Source of the DNA: the human T2T-CHM13v2.0 reference genome, Homo sapiens | Direction: 5' to 3' (one strand) | DNA: 64,000 nt | Assembly: GCF_009914755.1 (NCBI RefSeq) | Contig: NC_060937.1 | In this document: one piece after another, positions 38,900-52,420 of the stretch | Layout: each line of letters opens with the position of its first letter | Numbering within the stretch: position 1 is the stretch's first letter | The notes under the pieces: generated by a model | Seen by the model: only the letters and a program-made list of their open reading frames with translations | Databases searched by the model: none | Told to the model about the DNA's origin: nothing | Position numbers and translations under genes: made by a program

Positions 38900-40140
38900 T
38901 CTTTATCGAATTACTCAACAAATATTTTTGGAGCACCCACTCACCATGTTTCAGGTGTCCATTGGGGTCTGAGAATACAGTGATGAATATTACAGTCATG
39001 ATCTTTGACCTGAGATTCATCCTTAGGATAAAGAAGTAGACGAATGAGTTAAACTTTGTTTAAAGTATTCTGACAGTTATAATTAAGCCCCAGATAGAGA
39101 CACAGCTGTCAGGAAAGGCACCTGAAAGGTGGTATTTAAGTATAGACTTAGGACAGGATGAAGCTGCCACTAGAGGAAGGGAAGAAGAAACCTTCCAGGT
39201 GGCAGCAAAAGCATGTGCAAAGGGACTGAGCTTTGTGTGTTCAAGTCACCAGAAAAGCACCAGCATGCCTGCAGCTCCATGAACAAACCAGAGAAGGTAA
39301 CAAGATGAGGCTGGAGAGCTAGATCAAAGCCTGATGGTGCAGAGCCTTGTATACCCAGAGGAGTGATTTAGATTTTGTGCTAAAGAAAAGAGTATCCACC
39401 TGTATTAGTCAGTTTTCACAGTGGTCTAAAGAACTACCTGAGATTGGCTAATTTGTGAAGAAAAGGTTTAATTGACCCAGTTATGCATGGCTGGGGAGGC
39501 CTCAGGAAACTTACAATCACAGCAGAAAATGAAAGAGAAGCAAGTACCTTCTTCAAAGGGTAGCAGAGGAGAGAGTGAGTGAAGGGAAGTGCCACACTTT
39601 TAAACCATCAGATCTCATGAGAACTCACTAGCTATCATGAGAACCGCATGGGGGAACCGCCACCATGATCCAATCACCTCTCACCAGGTTTCTCCCTCGA
39701 CACATGGGAATTCCAATTCGAAATGAGATTTGGGTGGGGACACAGAGCCAAACCATATCCCAAACTAAATCATTTTAAAGAAAGGGAGCATTGTGTTCCA
39801 ATTTGTGTTTTAGAAAGATGATTCTTGCAGGTGTAGAGGATCTATAGGAGGGCAGCAAGGGGAAACAGGAAGATTGACATGAGGCCGATGCAGAAAGACA
39901 GATGTCATATGGGAAGAATAAGGTAAGCTTGATATAATGTTGGATCCAAATCTGTAAGACTTATTGATGAGTTGGAGTGTAGGGTAAGAAAAAAGGAGAC
40001 CGTAAGCATGATTCTGGGTTTTACAGCCAGCAGAGAATGGTGCTGCCATTTATGGAGATGAAATAGACTAGAGGGGCATGGACTAGGTTTAAGGGAGGAA
40101 ATTAAGAGGACATTAGAAACATATTAATTATGAGACCTCT
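38900..40140 (-). mobile_element. Degenerate L2 region split by a MaLR LTR
   Basis: L2-like CAACAAATATTTTTGGAGCACC and GGTGCTGCCATTTATGGAGATG; boundaries approximate. Confidence 0.5.
39401..39759 (-). mobile_element. THE1/MST solo LTR
   Basis: TGTATTAGTCAGTTTTCAC ... GCATGGCTGGGGAGGCCTCAGGAAACTTACAATCA ... GAGATTTGGGTGGGGACACAGAGCCAAACCATATC. Confidence 0.9.
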
Positions 40141-40204
40141 TACTTCTTTGAAATGTGTATACAGGAAGCCAGCCTTTTGATCTTGCTTATCTTTTCTTCC
40201 ATCA

Positions 40205-40440
40205 CAGTTAGAAGCGCAGCTTTAGGAGTGAGAGCTGGAACAAATACTGCTTGTGCCTCTTACCGTAATTGGTGACGTGACCCTGAGCCAAGTGACCGAG
40301 ACTTCCTCAGCCTCAGTTTCATTTATAAAGTTGGGATAATAACAGTACCTAGCTAATAGGGTTCTTTTTAAGATTAAGTAGATAATTCATGAAAATAAGA
40401 TCATTCATGCGGCACAGTTCCTGTCACATAGTAACAACTA
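40205..40440 (+). mobile_element. MIR
   Basis: Core-like GCCTCAGTTTCATTTATAAAGTTGGGATAATAACAGTACCT. Confidence 0.7.
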
Positions 40441-42959
40441 TGCAGGTAGCTGCTGCTGCTGTAGCTGCTACTCTGAGGGCTTCCAGAGCTATGCTGTTCT
40501 TTATTTTTCTTTCTTTATTTCCCCTCCCTCCCTTTCTTCTTTTCTTCCTTTCTTCCTTTCTCCTGTCTTTCTCACAGCAGCTGTCTATACAGTTAGACTG
40601 TTCATTTGGTGTTGGTAGAAAGATGGGGGAATACACAGGGATGGAAAGTCAGAACCTGATGAGCCCTTCTGTAGTGCAACGTTTCAATGCTACGGAGGCT
40701 TCCAAAGTTATTTCACACGTTGTAAGTAGTTTAACTAATATTTTCATTACAAAAATGATAACAAATGAGTTTTCACTATGGCCAAATAACAGAAATTTTT
40801 AAAAACCCACTGTATCTCTGAAGCTCAGCCTGCATGTTTTATTTCTCCTTTTTAAGGGTTGAAGTGTAAACTTTATAGGCTTGAAGATTAATACCGTATC
40901 TTGATTTGATCAAAATATAACCCTTCGAAACATCTGGGTTTAGCAAACATGAGGTTCAAAGGGTAGTTTTGATTGCAAATCTCTAATACACTGAGCCATA
41001 AGTGGTTGGAGAGATTGATTAAATGCCATGTTTATTCAGATATTGGAATCGCCTAAATATGCTTTGTTATATAGAGAATGATATAGTCACCCCAGTGGCC
41101 AGATGCCCCATTTAGTCAATATCATAGAGAAAAAAGCAAGTAAATAAATGTACCTTTGAGAAAACTAGTAAATTTAGGCACTGAGAAGAGCTTGTTTTAA
41201 ATTTAGGCATTAAGGAACTTGAAATTCCTTACTGGGGTCATTGGAAAATGAGTGTTGTGTGTATGTAGATACTCCTAACAAGTTCCTTCAAAAACTCAAT
41301 GTTGCTTATGGAAACAATTTGTACTAAAAGAATGCTTCTTGATTTTATTTTATGAAAATATAAAATCCTGCTTTTTCTGAGATTAGAGGAAAACTATATG
41401 CTTTTTAGAATCTTGTAATTTTAATATTTTTGTAAGTAATGATTGGGTAATGAATAAATTTTATTTCACATCTACAATCACAAACTTCCTACCCGATAAG
41501 TATTAAAGCCTTGTACCTTTCTACAATATCCCAATGAGTTCAAAAGGACAAATGTCATACTTAATCCTCATTGCAAATAAGGAAAAATAAGATTCATTGA
41601 AGTTTAACTTTGTGACACAGTGATGAATGCATGAATCACACACATGAATAAAGTATAGGTACTTTTGTTCTTGCTTCACAAATGTGGATTGATTTCATAA
41701 TGTACATTTTCTAAGAGCAAAAATATTTGTATAAATGAGAAAAAAATGTTTTTCTTAATATTCTGTTTCAGAACAGTTAGTGCAAGTTTACTAAGATTAT
41801 TAATTTATTAATCCGGTTCTGCCCTTTATAAAAAAAATTGCCAAGTGGCTGCATATAAGCAATGTTTCACTGAGGGAATATTATGTTAAAGAAACAGTGT
41901 ACCTTCAGATGGTTTACACTTAGAATTCTTACATTTTTAGGAGAGAAGTTTCTAGAATGAATTATTCAGTTATAGCTAATTACCATTAGATATGATTCAT
42001 TTTTTTGCAGAGTATTAGTATTCTTGGAACAAAGAAATTATACAAAAAGATTAGGGAATAAAATTATATAGCTATATTTGGTTTTCAACTTAGAACATTT
42101 TTTTCTGCATGTTAATTTCATGCTAAGCTTAGAAAATAGCAGCCTTCATGGTAGCTTTTGATGAAGGAAGTGAGGACACAATTGTCCTCTTTCTATTCCC
42201 AGAGAGCTCTGACTACATTACTGCAGGTTGAGAGAGAAGCGCCTGTTCTCCATCCCTCTGCTGGATTTTTTAGCACAGGAAGGTTTAATCCTTTCATCTT
42301 TGTAATGTGCCACCTGCTACCTTTAACTCTACTTATCCAGCTGTTAGAGGCACGAGTTGAGAACACTGAAAACAGTGTTTTTAAGAATAGTTCAAGAGTG
42401 CCACTTCAGAAATTGAAAATAAAGTTGTGAAACTGGTTGGTAGACTTTAGAAATCCCCAAGAAAGAAAAGAACCATTTTGTGTCCCCGTAATACTTCTCT
42501 TGCTTTACTTGATTTTATGCAGAAATGGCCAAAAATTAAGTGCATTGCATCACTGCTATAAAATTATGAAAGGTAGGCTACATTTAATCCTTTAGGAAAT
42601 TGTTTTCTCCGTTTCTTCTTGCCACCTAAACCTCAGGGTCATTTTGTTTCACCATCCGTGTCCACCCAGGTGCTAAATCCAGGCAGCTTTCCCTGGTTCC
42701 TGAATTTCTGTTGAGTAGGATTCCCACACATTCTCCATGGCCATTGGTTCCTTCAGAACCACATTGAAGTTTATCTTAAATGACGTAACAGATGTAAACT
42801 GCTTAAAATAATCATAGGCACAAAGTAAGTGCTATATTCATGTTAGCCATTGACCCCCACTATAATATATGCTGTCCATGAGAGCCAGGATTTTTATCTC
42901 TGATTTTCATTGATATACCCTCAGTGCCTGAGTACATATAGGTGCTCGATAAATATTTA

Positions 42960-43385
<426 letters not shown>

Positions 43386-43467
43386 TTAAAAAAAGTCTTT
43401 CCTCCCTTCTTCTGCCATAATTTTCTAAACTGTAAATTTGATGTTGTCTCTACTTTATAACTCTCAA

Positions 43468-43771
<304 letters not shown>

Positions 43772-44573
43772 TCAATGTTCTCTCACAGGATAAAATTCAG
43801 ACTCTTCCCATGTTGTACAAACTGTGCAGGTCTGACCCAATGCAACCATGCTGCCTACTCAGGATTCCTGCACATGCCATGCTACTTCATGCACACTCGC
43901 CTTTCCTTTCTTCCTCAATCCCCTGCCCACTTCCTCTGCATGAGATTCAGTAGAGATGGCACATTTTCTTCCTGACACCTTCTACTCCTATCCTTAGGGT
44001 CAGACATCTCCGCTGTGTTTCCCATAACGACTCATATTTGGATCTCAAAGCTAGATTCAAAACATGGATGTATATAGCAATATATTGATTTATATAATAA
44101 TTTAAATCATTATGCCAATTGTAAAATATTATATATGTACATATAACTGTGTAAATATATAGACACATACATGTACACAAATACATAATTGCTTACCAAG
44201 TGATGTATGGGGCAGCACAAATATTTAATAATATATAATATAATGTAAAAGGTTGTTAGACTATTATGTAGATGCATATATATTATGCAGAATATACTAC
44301 ATAGGTATATATACCTATGTTATATGAGAATGCTTATAAGTGCTATATCATAGTACAAATTGCTCCTCAAATCACACGGATAATTTAAAAATCTTTTATT
44401 TTGACGTCATCTTTTATTTAAAGTGGCTTTCACAAGCTGAAGGGTACTCTCCTAGGACCGTGATTTGACACAGATACTGTACCAAACCCTTCTAATGACT
44501 TTACCCTTAAACTGCTTATTATTAAGTGACTTGTAGTCCCAATTGGTAGAAAATTGCTCTTAACATCAGTGAT

Positions 44574-44696
44574 GGCCGGGCGCGGTGGCTCATGCCTATA
44601 ATCCCAGCACTTTGGGAGGCTGAGATGAGTGGATCACTTGTGGTCAGGAGTTCAAGACCAGCCTGGCCAAACGGTGAAAAATTAGTCTAACTAAAA

Positions 44697-44745
<49 letters not shown>

Positions 44746-44921
44746 TTAGCCGGGCGTGATGGCACATACCTGTGTTCCCAGCAGGAGGCTGAGGCAGGAA
44801 AATCGCATGAACCCAGGAGGCAGAAGTTGCAGTGAGCCGAGATTGCGCGACTGCACTCCAGCCTGGGTGACAGAGTGAGTGAGACTCTGTCACGAAACAA
44901 CAACAACAAAAAAACACAAAA
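44574..44921 (+). mobile_element. Alu (AluS) with (AC)22 expanded in the central linker
   Basis: TSD AACATCA(G/A)TGAT; AC run 44699-44742. Confidence 0.95.
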
Positions 44922-46619
44922 AACATCAATGATATTGGTCACGGTGCTAAATCTACTCAGCTTTTCCTGAATGAAAGCAATTACATTCAAACTATTTCTA
45001 AGACTTAAAAAATATATGAGACTCATATATTCAATATCTCTATTTGTAGATGAAGTCACAAAAATTATTCACTGGAATGCAAAGTTTAATTAGGTGAATC
45101 TATGTACTTCAGGACCAATGAGAAGAGAGCTCTTCTAGGCATTTTGGCCTTGAACCCTGGCTCTGCCAAGTTTTCATTAAACTTTCTGCTAATCTGTTAA
45201 TCAATCGAGATGCATTTCACCCTAACAATTGGTATACCAGCCCTAAATGTACCACTCTGTACTGGAACTCCTTATATACATTTGTGTTTACAAAGCTTCT
45301 CAACTGCGAGAGCTGTTTCATTCATATTTATGTCTCTTCTTCAGTGCTGAGTTGCCTTAGTCACCACACGGCACTTAGTAGGAGGTCAATAAATACGTGT
45401 GGAGTGAGTCATAAATAAATGTAAAGCATAGGTGAATTGTTGATTTCTATTTTCTCTTAAAGTTGCATGTGGAGTAACTTCAGAAGTCAAGAGAAAAATC
45501 TAAAGAAAAACAGAATAGGCTTACCAGTTAAAAATAGTGTAAAAATAAATGGAAGCTTGTGCTTACTTTCTATATCTTTCAAGAACACATAGGTGTATAT
45601 GGACATATACTTTCCTGTAATTGTTTGCACACACTTTTATGGTGACATCAAACTCTTGCTCTTTATAAATGAAATTGCTGTCCTTATTTGTACACCCCTA
45701 GGTATGTTTCTAGTGTAGAGATATCACTTCCAGATATTTCAGCATTTGTAGATGCTGCCATTTCTTTGACTTGGTTCATGTAATAAGCATATTGTACCTT
45801 CTTGATTTATGTTCTGGATGCTGTTGAGAATGGAGTGAGTTTACACCCTTGTCTTAATGTGCTCACTTTAATCTCCCATTTCTCTGCATCACTTTGATAA
45901 AACTGAGACAACCACCAGCTCCCTTTCCCTTCCCATCCCCGTCTTCGCCTCCAGCCAGTATGTATGTGGTAAAAGTAAACATTAGAGAGTCAGTTAAATG
46001 ACAATTCATGTCTGTTTCATTTAATGTAGGATGAAGATAGCAGTAAGAGATAAAGTGGACTAGCAAAGCATTTTATACTAGATTAAAAAAATAAGTGATG
46101 TTACTAAATGATGTGGTAAAGTAAACCTATCTGGAAATATTAATGAATCACTTGTTTTAAGATGCTATCTTAGGAGCCTGTGTTTTTTACCATATTGTTT
46201 AAATATTCACTGTATGAGCACACATAGTGAATGTAGTGAAAACCATGTGTTATAGAGTCCTTAGAATTATGGATACCATATAGCATTTGATTTTTGATAT
46301 TTCAAGGAATGGATTGTTTTTTAAATAGAAGATTCCTAAAGTTTTAATGTCTTTGGTCATATCATAAGTGTATTATATTCATGCATAGATAGTTTTTAAA
46401 ATAGTCTTACTACTTCCCAAAAAATTTAAAAGCACTTTAGGATTTTAAAGAAATTTTTTCTATGGAAAAACTGAAGTGAATCGAGTTTATGTAAATTTAA
46501 AAACCTGGATTAAAAATGTGTTCAACACTTTGTTATTAATATCCCCAAGCACTGAGAGTGACCACAAACAGTTTTAAATGCAGTGGCTTATCTTGTGGGT
46601 CTCTGGGGCTGATAATTTC

Positions 46620-46898
46620 TTTTTTTCTTTTTTTTTTTTTTTTTGAGGGGATTCTCGCTCTGTTGCCCAGGATGGAGTGCAGTGGTGTGATCTCGGCTCA
46701 CTGCAACCTCCACATCCCAGTGTTCAAGTGATTCTCCTGCCTCAGCCTCCCTAATAGCTGGGACTACAGGCGCCTTCCCCCACCCCCAGCTAATTTTTGT
46801 AATTTTAGTAGAGACGGGGTTTCACCATGTTCCTCGTGATCCACCTGCCTCGGCCCCCCAAAGTGCTGGGATTACAGGCGTGAGCCACCGCGCCCAGC
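46620..46898 (-). mobile_element. Alu with an internal deletion in the left arm
   Basis: ACCATGTT joined directly to CCTCGTGATCC. Confidence 0.92.
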
Positions 46899-47296
46899 CC
46901 CTGAGAGTTTAAGAACTAGATGCAACAGAGCAGAGCCAAAGCATGTGGTGTATGCACTGGATGTGGCTAAGGGCTCTTCTGCAATACTCTAGACAAATAT
47001 GATTCTGCCTTGTTAGGTAGTTGCTTAATTCATAGTGGTTGTATTACCAAGCCCAAGTTTCCTTAATATAAGTAGTAGATAAAACTGATTAGGCCGCCTT
47101 TGAATCTACCAATATAGCTAAATACAAGTTTTGCTATATTATTCTTTCTTCCTCAAGGACAATATATTTACATAGACCCTTCAAGTATTTTAATGATCAT
47201 TTGGTATATTTATTAATTAGAATATAGAAAGCATTTTGTACCCATTTCAATTTTTATCCTATCAGTTGCCCTAAGGCAGGCAGATATACATACACA

Positions 47297-47347
47297 TTTT
47301 CTTTCTTTCTTTCTTTCTCTCTTTCTCTCTGTCTCTTACTCTCTCTT

Positions 47348-47394
<47 letters not shown>

Positions 47395-47407
47395 AGTACA
47401 CACACAG
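47297..47407. repeat. Compound (CTTT)n-(CT)n-(CA)n microsatellite
   Basis: Seen directly. Confidence 0.9.
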
Positions 47408-47919
47408 ACTTTTCCTGTGAGATTCCAGTGTATTACTATTTGGAAACCAGTTTCATACTTTAGTAAGTTAATAAAATTTTCCTGGTACTAGTGCCAAAAT
47501 TAGCCTCTTAGGAAATAGTATTAAAAAAGCTGAAAATATTTTATTACTTACTGACTTACTCCTAGATAGTAACATGATTGAGCATTTAATTCTCATAGTA
47601 ATTAAGTGCCTGTATCAGATGTGATTCTTCTATCATCCCCATTTCTTTCAGTGGTATGTCTGTTTGCTCAACCATCTAAACATCTTTTAATTCTCCTCCC
47701 CCATCCTCTGTCCAAATAGTCCTCACAACCTGCTATTTTTCATTTACAATATCTAATTTGACCCTCTTTTGCATATCTTTTGTGGGAAGCACCCTAGTAG
47801 CCTGAGTTACTGAATTATTATTCCAGTACTTTTCTAAGCAGTGTTCTCTCTCCTGTCTCCCCAACCTCAAATTCCTCCACAGTGCTTCATAGAGGAAGTC
47901 TTTGCATTTGTAAATGAAT

Positions 47920-48110
47920 GAGAACTCTGGATTTAAACTCGGAAAATTGGTCTAATGCTCAGCTTTGCCACTTATTAACAGAGTGATATCAGGCAGGTCA
48001 CTTAACCTCCCAGAGCTTTTGTTCCCTCATCTGTAAACCTGAAAACATAACGTAGCAGTGTCTCAGGAATGTGACAAGGACTATATGGCACAAGAATGTG
48101 AACATATAAC
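47920..48110 (+). mobile_element. MIR
   Basis: GGCAGGTCACTTAACCTCCCAGAGC...CCTCATCTGTAAA core. Confidence 0.7.
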
Positions 48111-48512
48111 CTAATGAATCTATAATGCATACTCTTATCATGGATATATTATTATATGGCATTATTTTTTGTCACCTACTGAAAAACATTTGATTTTCTT
48201 GCTTTATCTACTGATTAGATTGTGTTATATGTTTATTAATCTAGCTCATGGATTTAAGGCCAGCCATTCTATGGCCTTAACTGATCGCTCCATTTTTATC
48301 TCCTGTGATTTATCGGTATTCTCTCTCAAATGGATTTCACCTATGGTGCTTATTTCACAAGTCAACCTACATATTCATGTTATCCCTTCCCCAAAGTATA
48401 ATTTCATGTTCCTCTACTTACTTTTAAAGCACCACTCATACACATTAAATTCCATGAAACCTTGTTGTATTTCTTCATCCCAAAGCAAGCTCTATCTTTT
48501 CTGTATCTAAAC

Positions 48513-48726
48513 CAGTGGTTCTCAACTGTCCCTTCCCAGATATTTGACAATGACTGGAGACATTTTTGACTTACCCACTTGGGGGAAAGGGGTAGAATGC
48601 TACTGATATCTAGTGGGTAGAGAGGCCAGAGATGCCTCTGAACATCTCACAATGTAGGAGACAGCCTCCAACATCAAAGAACTATGGAGGCTACAATGAC
48701 AATAATGCTACTGCTTGGAAACCAGG
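48513..48726 (+). mobile_element. MER20
   Basis: CAGTGGTTCTCAAC start; CTGGAGACATTTTTG; TGCTACTGATATCTAGTGGGTAGAG. Confidence 0.85.
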
Positions 48727-49149
48727 ATCTGTGGTACTCTAATTGAACTGATTATAACCCAACCAGCTTTGAGTTGTTGGCATTGTGATTCTAGTGATAA
48801 ACTGTTTAGGGACAGAGGCCTTGTCACAGTCATATTTGTGTCCTGAGCAGTGTAAAGCACCGTGCCATGCACATAGTGGCTGGTCCGTCACATATTCAAA
48901 TGAGTGAACTTGCTCAGTAAAAATATCTGCTGTATTAAACCTGTATTAATCAGTGGTTGAAATGAAATTAGAATCCTGAGTTAAGGGATATGACCACAGG
49001 GCATGGGGCTACAAGAACCTCATTTAAAATAACATCAAAAGTATAGACATCAAATACTTCTGAAAGTGAAGTTATAATTTGTTGATCAAAAACATTCAAT
49101 TGTATCCTGTCACATTCAATGTATTCCATTCAAATGTATAAAAGTTGTG

Positions 49150-49500
49150 AGACTGAGCAAAGGTTGGGGGAGGGGAATGTTGGTGAAAGGATACAAAATT
49201 TTAGATAAGAAGGTAAGTTTAAAACTATATGACATGGTGACTATGGTTAGTGACATATTTTGTATTCTTAAAGATTACTAAGAGAGTGTATGTAAGCTGT
49301 TCTGACCACAAAAATAATAATTATGTGAGGCAATGCAAATGTTAATCAGCTAGATTTGATTATTCCACAATATATACATACTTCAACGTATACACATTTG
49401 GTCATTTCACAATGTATATATATGCACAATATCATGTTGTACATGATGTATTTATGTAGTTTTTAGTTAAAAAAACTTAATTTAAAAAAAATTACTTAAA
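49150..49500 (+). mobile_element. Old L1M 3' UTR fragment
   Basis: TTGGTGAAAGGATACAAAATTTTAG, ACATGGTGACTAT and TATGTGAGGCAATGCAAATGTTAAT; similar to the L1 at 2534-3610. Confidence 0.75.
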
Positions 49501-49504
49501 AATT

Positions 49505-49820
49505 GGCCCAGCGCGGTAGGTCACACCTGTAATCCCAGCACTTTTGGGAGGCCAAGGCAGGCAGATCACCTGAGGTCAGGAGTTCGAGACCAGCCTGGCC
49601 AACATGGAGAAAACCCCCTCTACTAAAAATACAAAAAAAAAAATTAGCTGGGCATGGTGGCGGGCACCTGTAATCCCAGCTACTTGGGAGGCTAAGGCAA
49701 GAGAATTGCTTTAACCTGGGAGGTGGAGGTTACAGTGAGCCGAGATCGTGCCATTGCACTCCAGCCTGGGTGACAAGAGTGAGACTCTGTCCCAAGAAAT
49801 AAATAAATGAATAAATAAAT
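49505..49820 (+). mobile_element. Alu (AluSq-like), full length
   Basis: Alu dimer; TACTTAAAAAT on both sides. Confidence 0.95.
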
Positions 49821-51215
49821 ATACTTAAAAATGATTTCTGTAGATTTTTATGGCCTCATTTGTAAAATTTTGACATCATGTTTATTTAAATGTGTTTTGT
49901 CAAATGGCTTCTATAAGAGACAAAGATAACCAATGCAATAGAAGGAAAAAGAACCCTGTACACCAGAAATCCCACCACATGTTTTGATCATTTAAATAGT
50001 GACGTACCAAAAGAAATAATTCAAAAAGTAGGGAAGGGTGGATGAGATGCAGAGAGGATTGCTTTGCCATTCCCAAATAAACGAAAAGTGGACTCTCTCC
50101 CCAGATGTTGGAAGACTTGACCAATAATGCCTAGGAGCAGAAGGAGATGCACATGGCCCTTCCTGGCTAATCCAGAGCTCTCCACACACCAAGACTTGCC
50201 AAGAGTCTGTGGAACACCTATCAGACCTGATTCGTTTCCAGATCCCAATCAATCCTAATCAGATTTTTAATCTACCCAACAATCACTTCTAATGCACCAG
50301 TTGGTTTTTTTTTTTTATTTAGAAGGCAATGCTTTTTACAAAATAGTGTTATATAGACGTATATAATGGCCCTATTGTCTTAGAGATATGTATATTTCAA
50401 GATTAATGGAGATAACTCAGGATCTAGAATGATCATTCTATCAGAGAATGATAGAAATCCTATCTTGGCCATTTATTTTCTGTCACTTTGGTAAAATCTG
50501 TTAATTTTTCTAGTCTCCAGTAGTCCATGTATGAATAAGAATACCTTTTTTTGTGAAAGGAAATTAATTTAACCTTAGTCTAAGCTTAAATTAAATAATA
50601 TAAATGAAAATTTGTCATAAATCATAAAGTGCTACATGACTATAAGTTATTTCTTGAAATAATTTGCACTTAGAATTTTTTGAGTTCCAAAGTTACCTAG
50701 TAAATGAAGAGTTGATTTACGCCAGAGTATAAGCAAGAAGGCAAATGATTTATTTTACTTTAAAATAGTTAAAGGGAACACTAGGGAGATATGACTCTTC
50801 CCCTTCCATGTCCTGTCTCACTGGGATGAACGAGCCCCTAAAAAACCTAGAAGAGAGCTTTCTGCATGGATCAACTATTTAGAAGCTTTCTTTTCTCACC
50901 CATGACAAAGACCTTTACAGAGGTCTACTACCTTTTCTTCACTGCTGACTTTCACTGTTTTCCTGTGGTCTGTCCCACTACCAGCTCGTGCAGTGTGCTT
51001 TGCTATTTTCATTTCAAAATAGGTACTTATGCAAAATTCGAATCAGCCTGCATCCAGCTTTCCCACACCCCAGAACCTTACTGCATATCTTGGTGATTCC
51101 TTAGCATCAGCACTGAATATTCTCAGCTTAAATCTTCTCCTATATCTTTCTTTCCCATTCCCTTTCCTCATACCTACCTCCACCTTGTTGGCTCAGTAAT
51201 CATCTCTGTTCTTTC

Positions 51216-51508
51216 CTTTTTTTTTCTTTTGGAGACAGAGTCTTGCTCTGTTGGACAAGCTGGAGTGCAGTGGCATGATCTCAGCTCACTGAGATCATAC
51301 AAGTCTCAAGCAAGTCTCCTCCCTCAACCTCCCAAGTAGCTGGGATTACAGGCACCTGCCACCACACCCAGCTAAGTTTTGTATTTTTAGTAGAGACAGG
51401 GTTTCACCATGTTGGCCAGTCTAGTCTCGAACTCCTGGCCTCAGGTAATCCTCCCGCCTCGGCCTCCCAAAGTGCTGGGATTATAGGCGTGAGCCACCGC
51501 GCCTGGCC
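51216..51508 (-). mobile_element. Alu (AluS) with an internal rearrangement
   Basis: Alu dimer; 51291-51310 departs from consensus. Confidence 0.93.
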
Positions 51509-52093
51509 TGCTCTTTCTTATCTTCCCAAAACACACATGTGCACAGGCACACACACTTTACATACATATGTATGTGTACACGCATAGACAAAAATTTGAG
51601 TGAGATGTCCTTTTTATTTTTTCCCAATGCTGTGCATCCAGGTATGGAAAGCTTATACTATAAATGCTTGTAAATACCTTCATTTGGAACCAAGATCACT
51701 GACTGGAAGAAAGAGAAAGAGATGATTTGACTAACCGTGAAGCAGAAACTCTAACAAGTGCTGTCTGACATTGAGTGAGCTGTCATGTGATAAGAATCTT
51801 CCTGTCACTAGAAGTATTCAAGTCAAGACTGAATAACCATGGTTAAGGGCCTTAAAACTGATTTATTTTGTTTTAAAATAGGTTAGGGGAACAAAAGGGA
51901 GATGGGACTCTTTTCTCCTTCCATGTCCTGCCCCACTGGGATGAATGAGTTCCTAGAAAAACAGAAAACAGCTCTTTCCACATGGAAGTATATAGAAGAA
52001 GGTTAAAGTTGAGAATATGCAGTGCTAATGCTGTGGAACCACCAAGATATGCAGTAAAGGTTTTGACGTGTAGGAAAGCTGGATGCAGTCTGA

Positions 52094-52420
<327 letters not shown>

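Noticed and set aside
40389-40802. 137-aa hydrophobic ORF resembling a membrane protein
   Set aside because: Built from a MIR end, (GCT)n and a CT-rich low-complexity tract; no exon or domain support.
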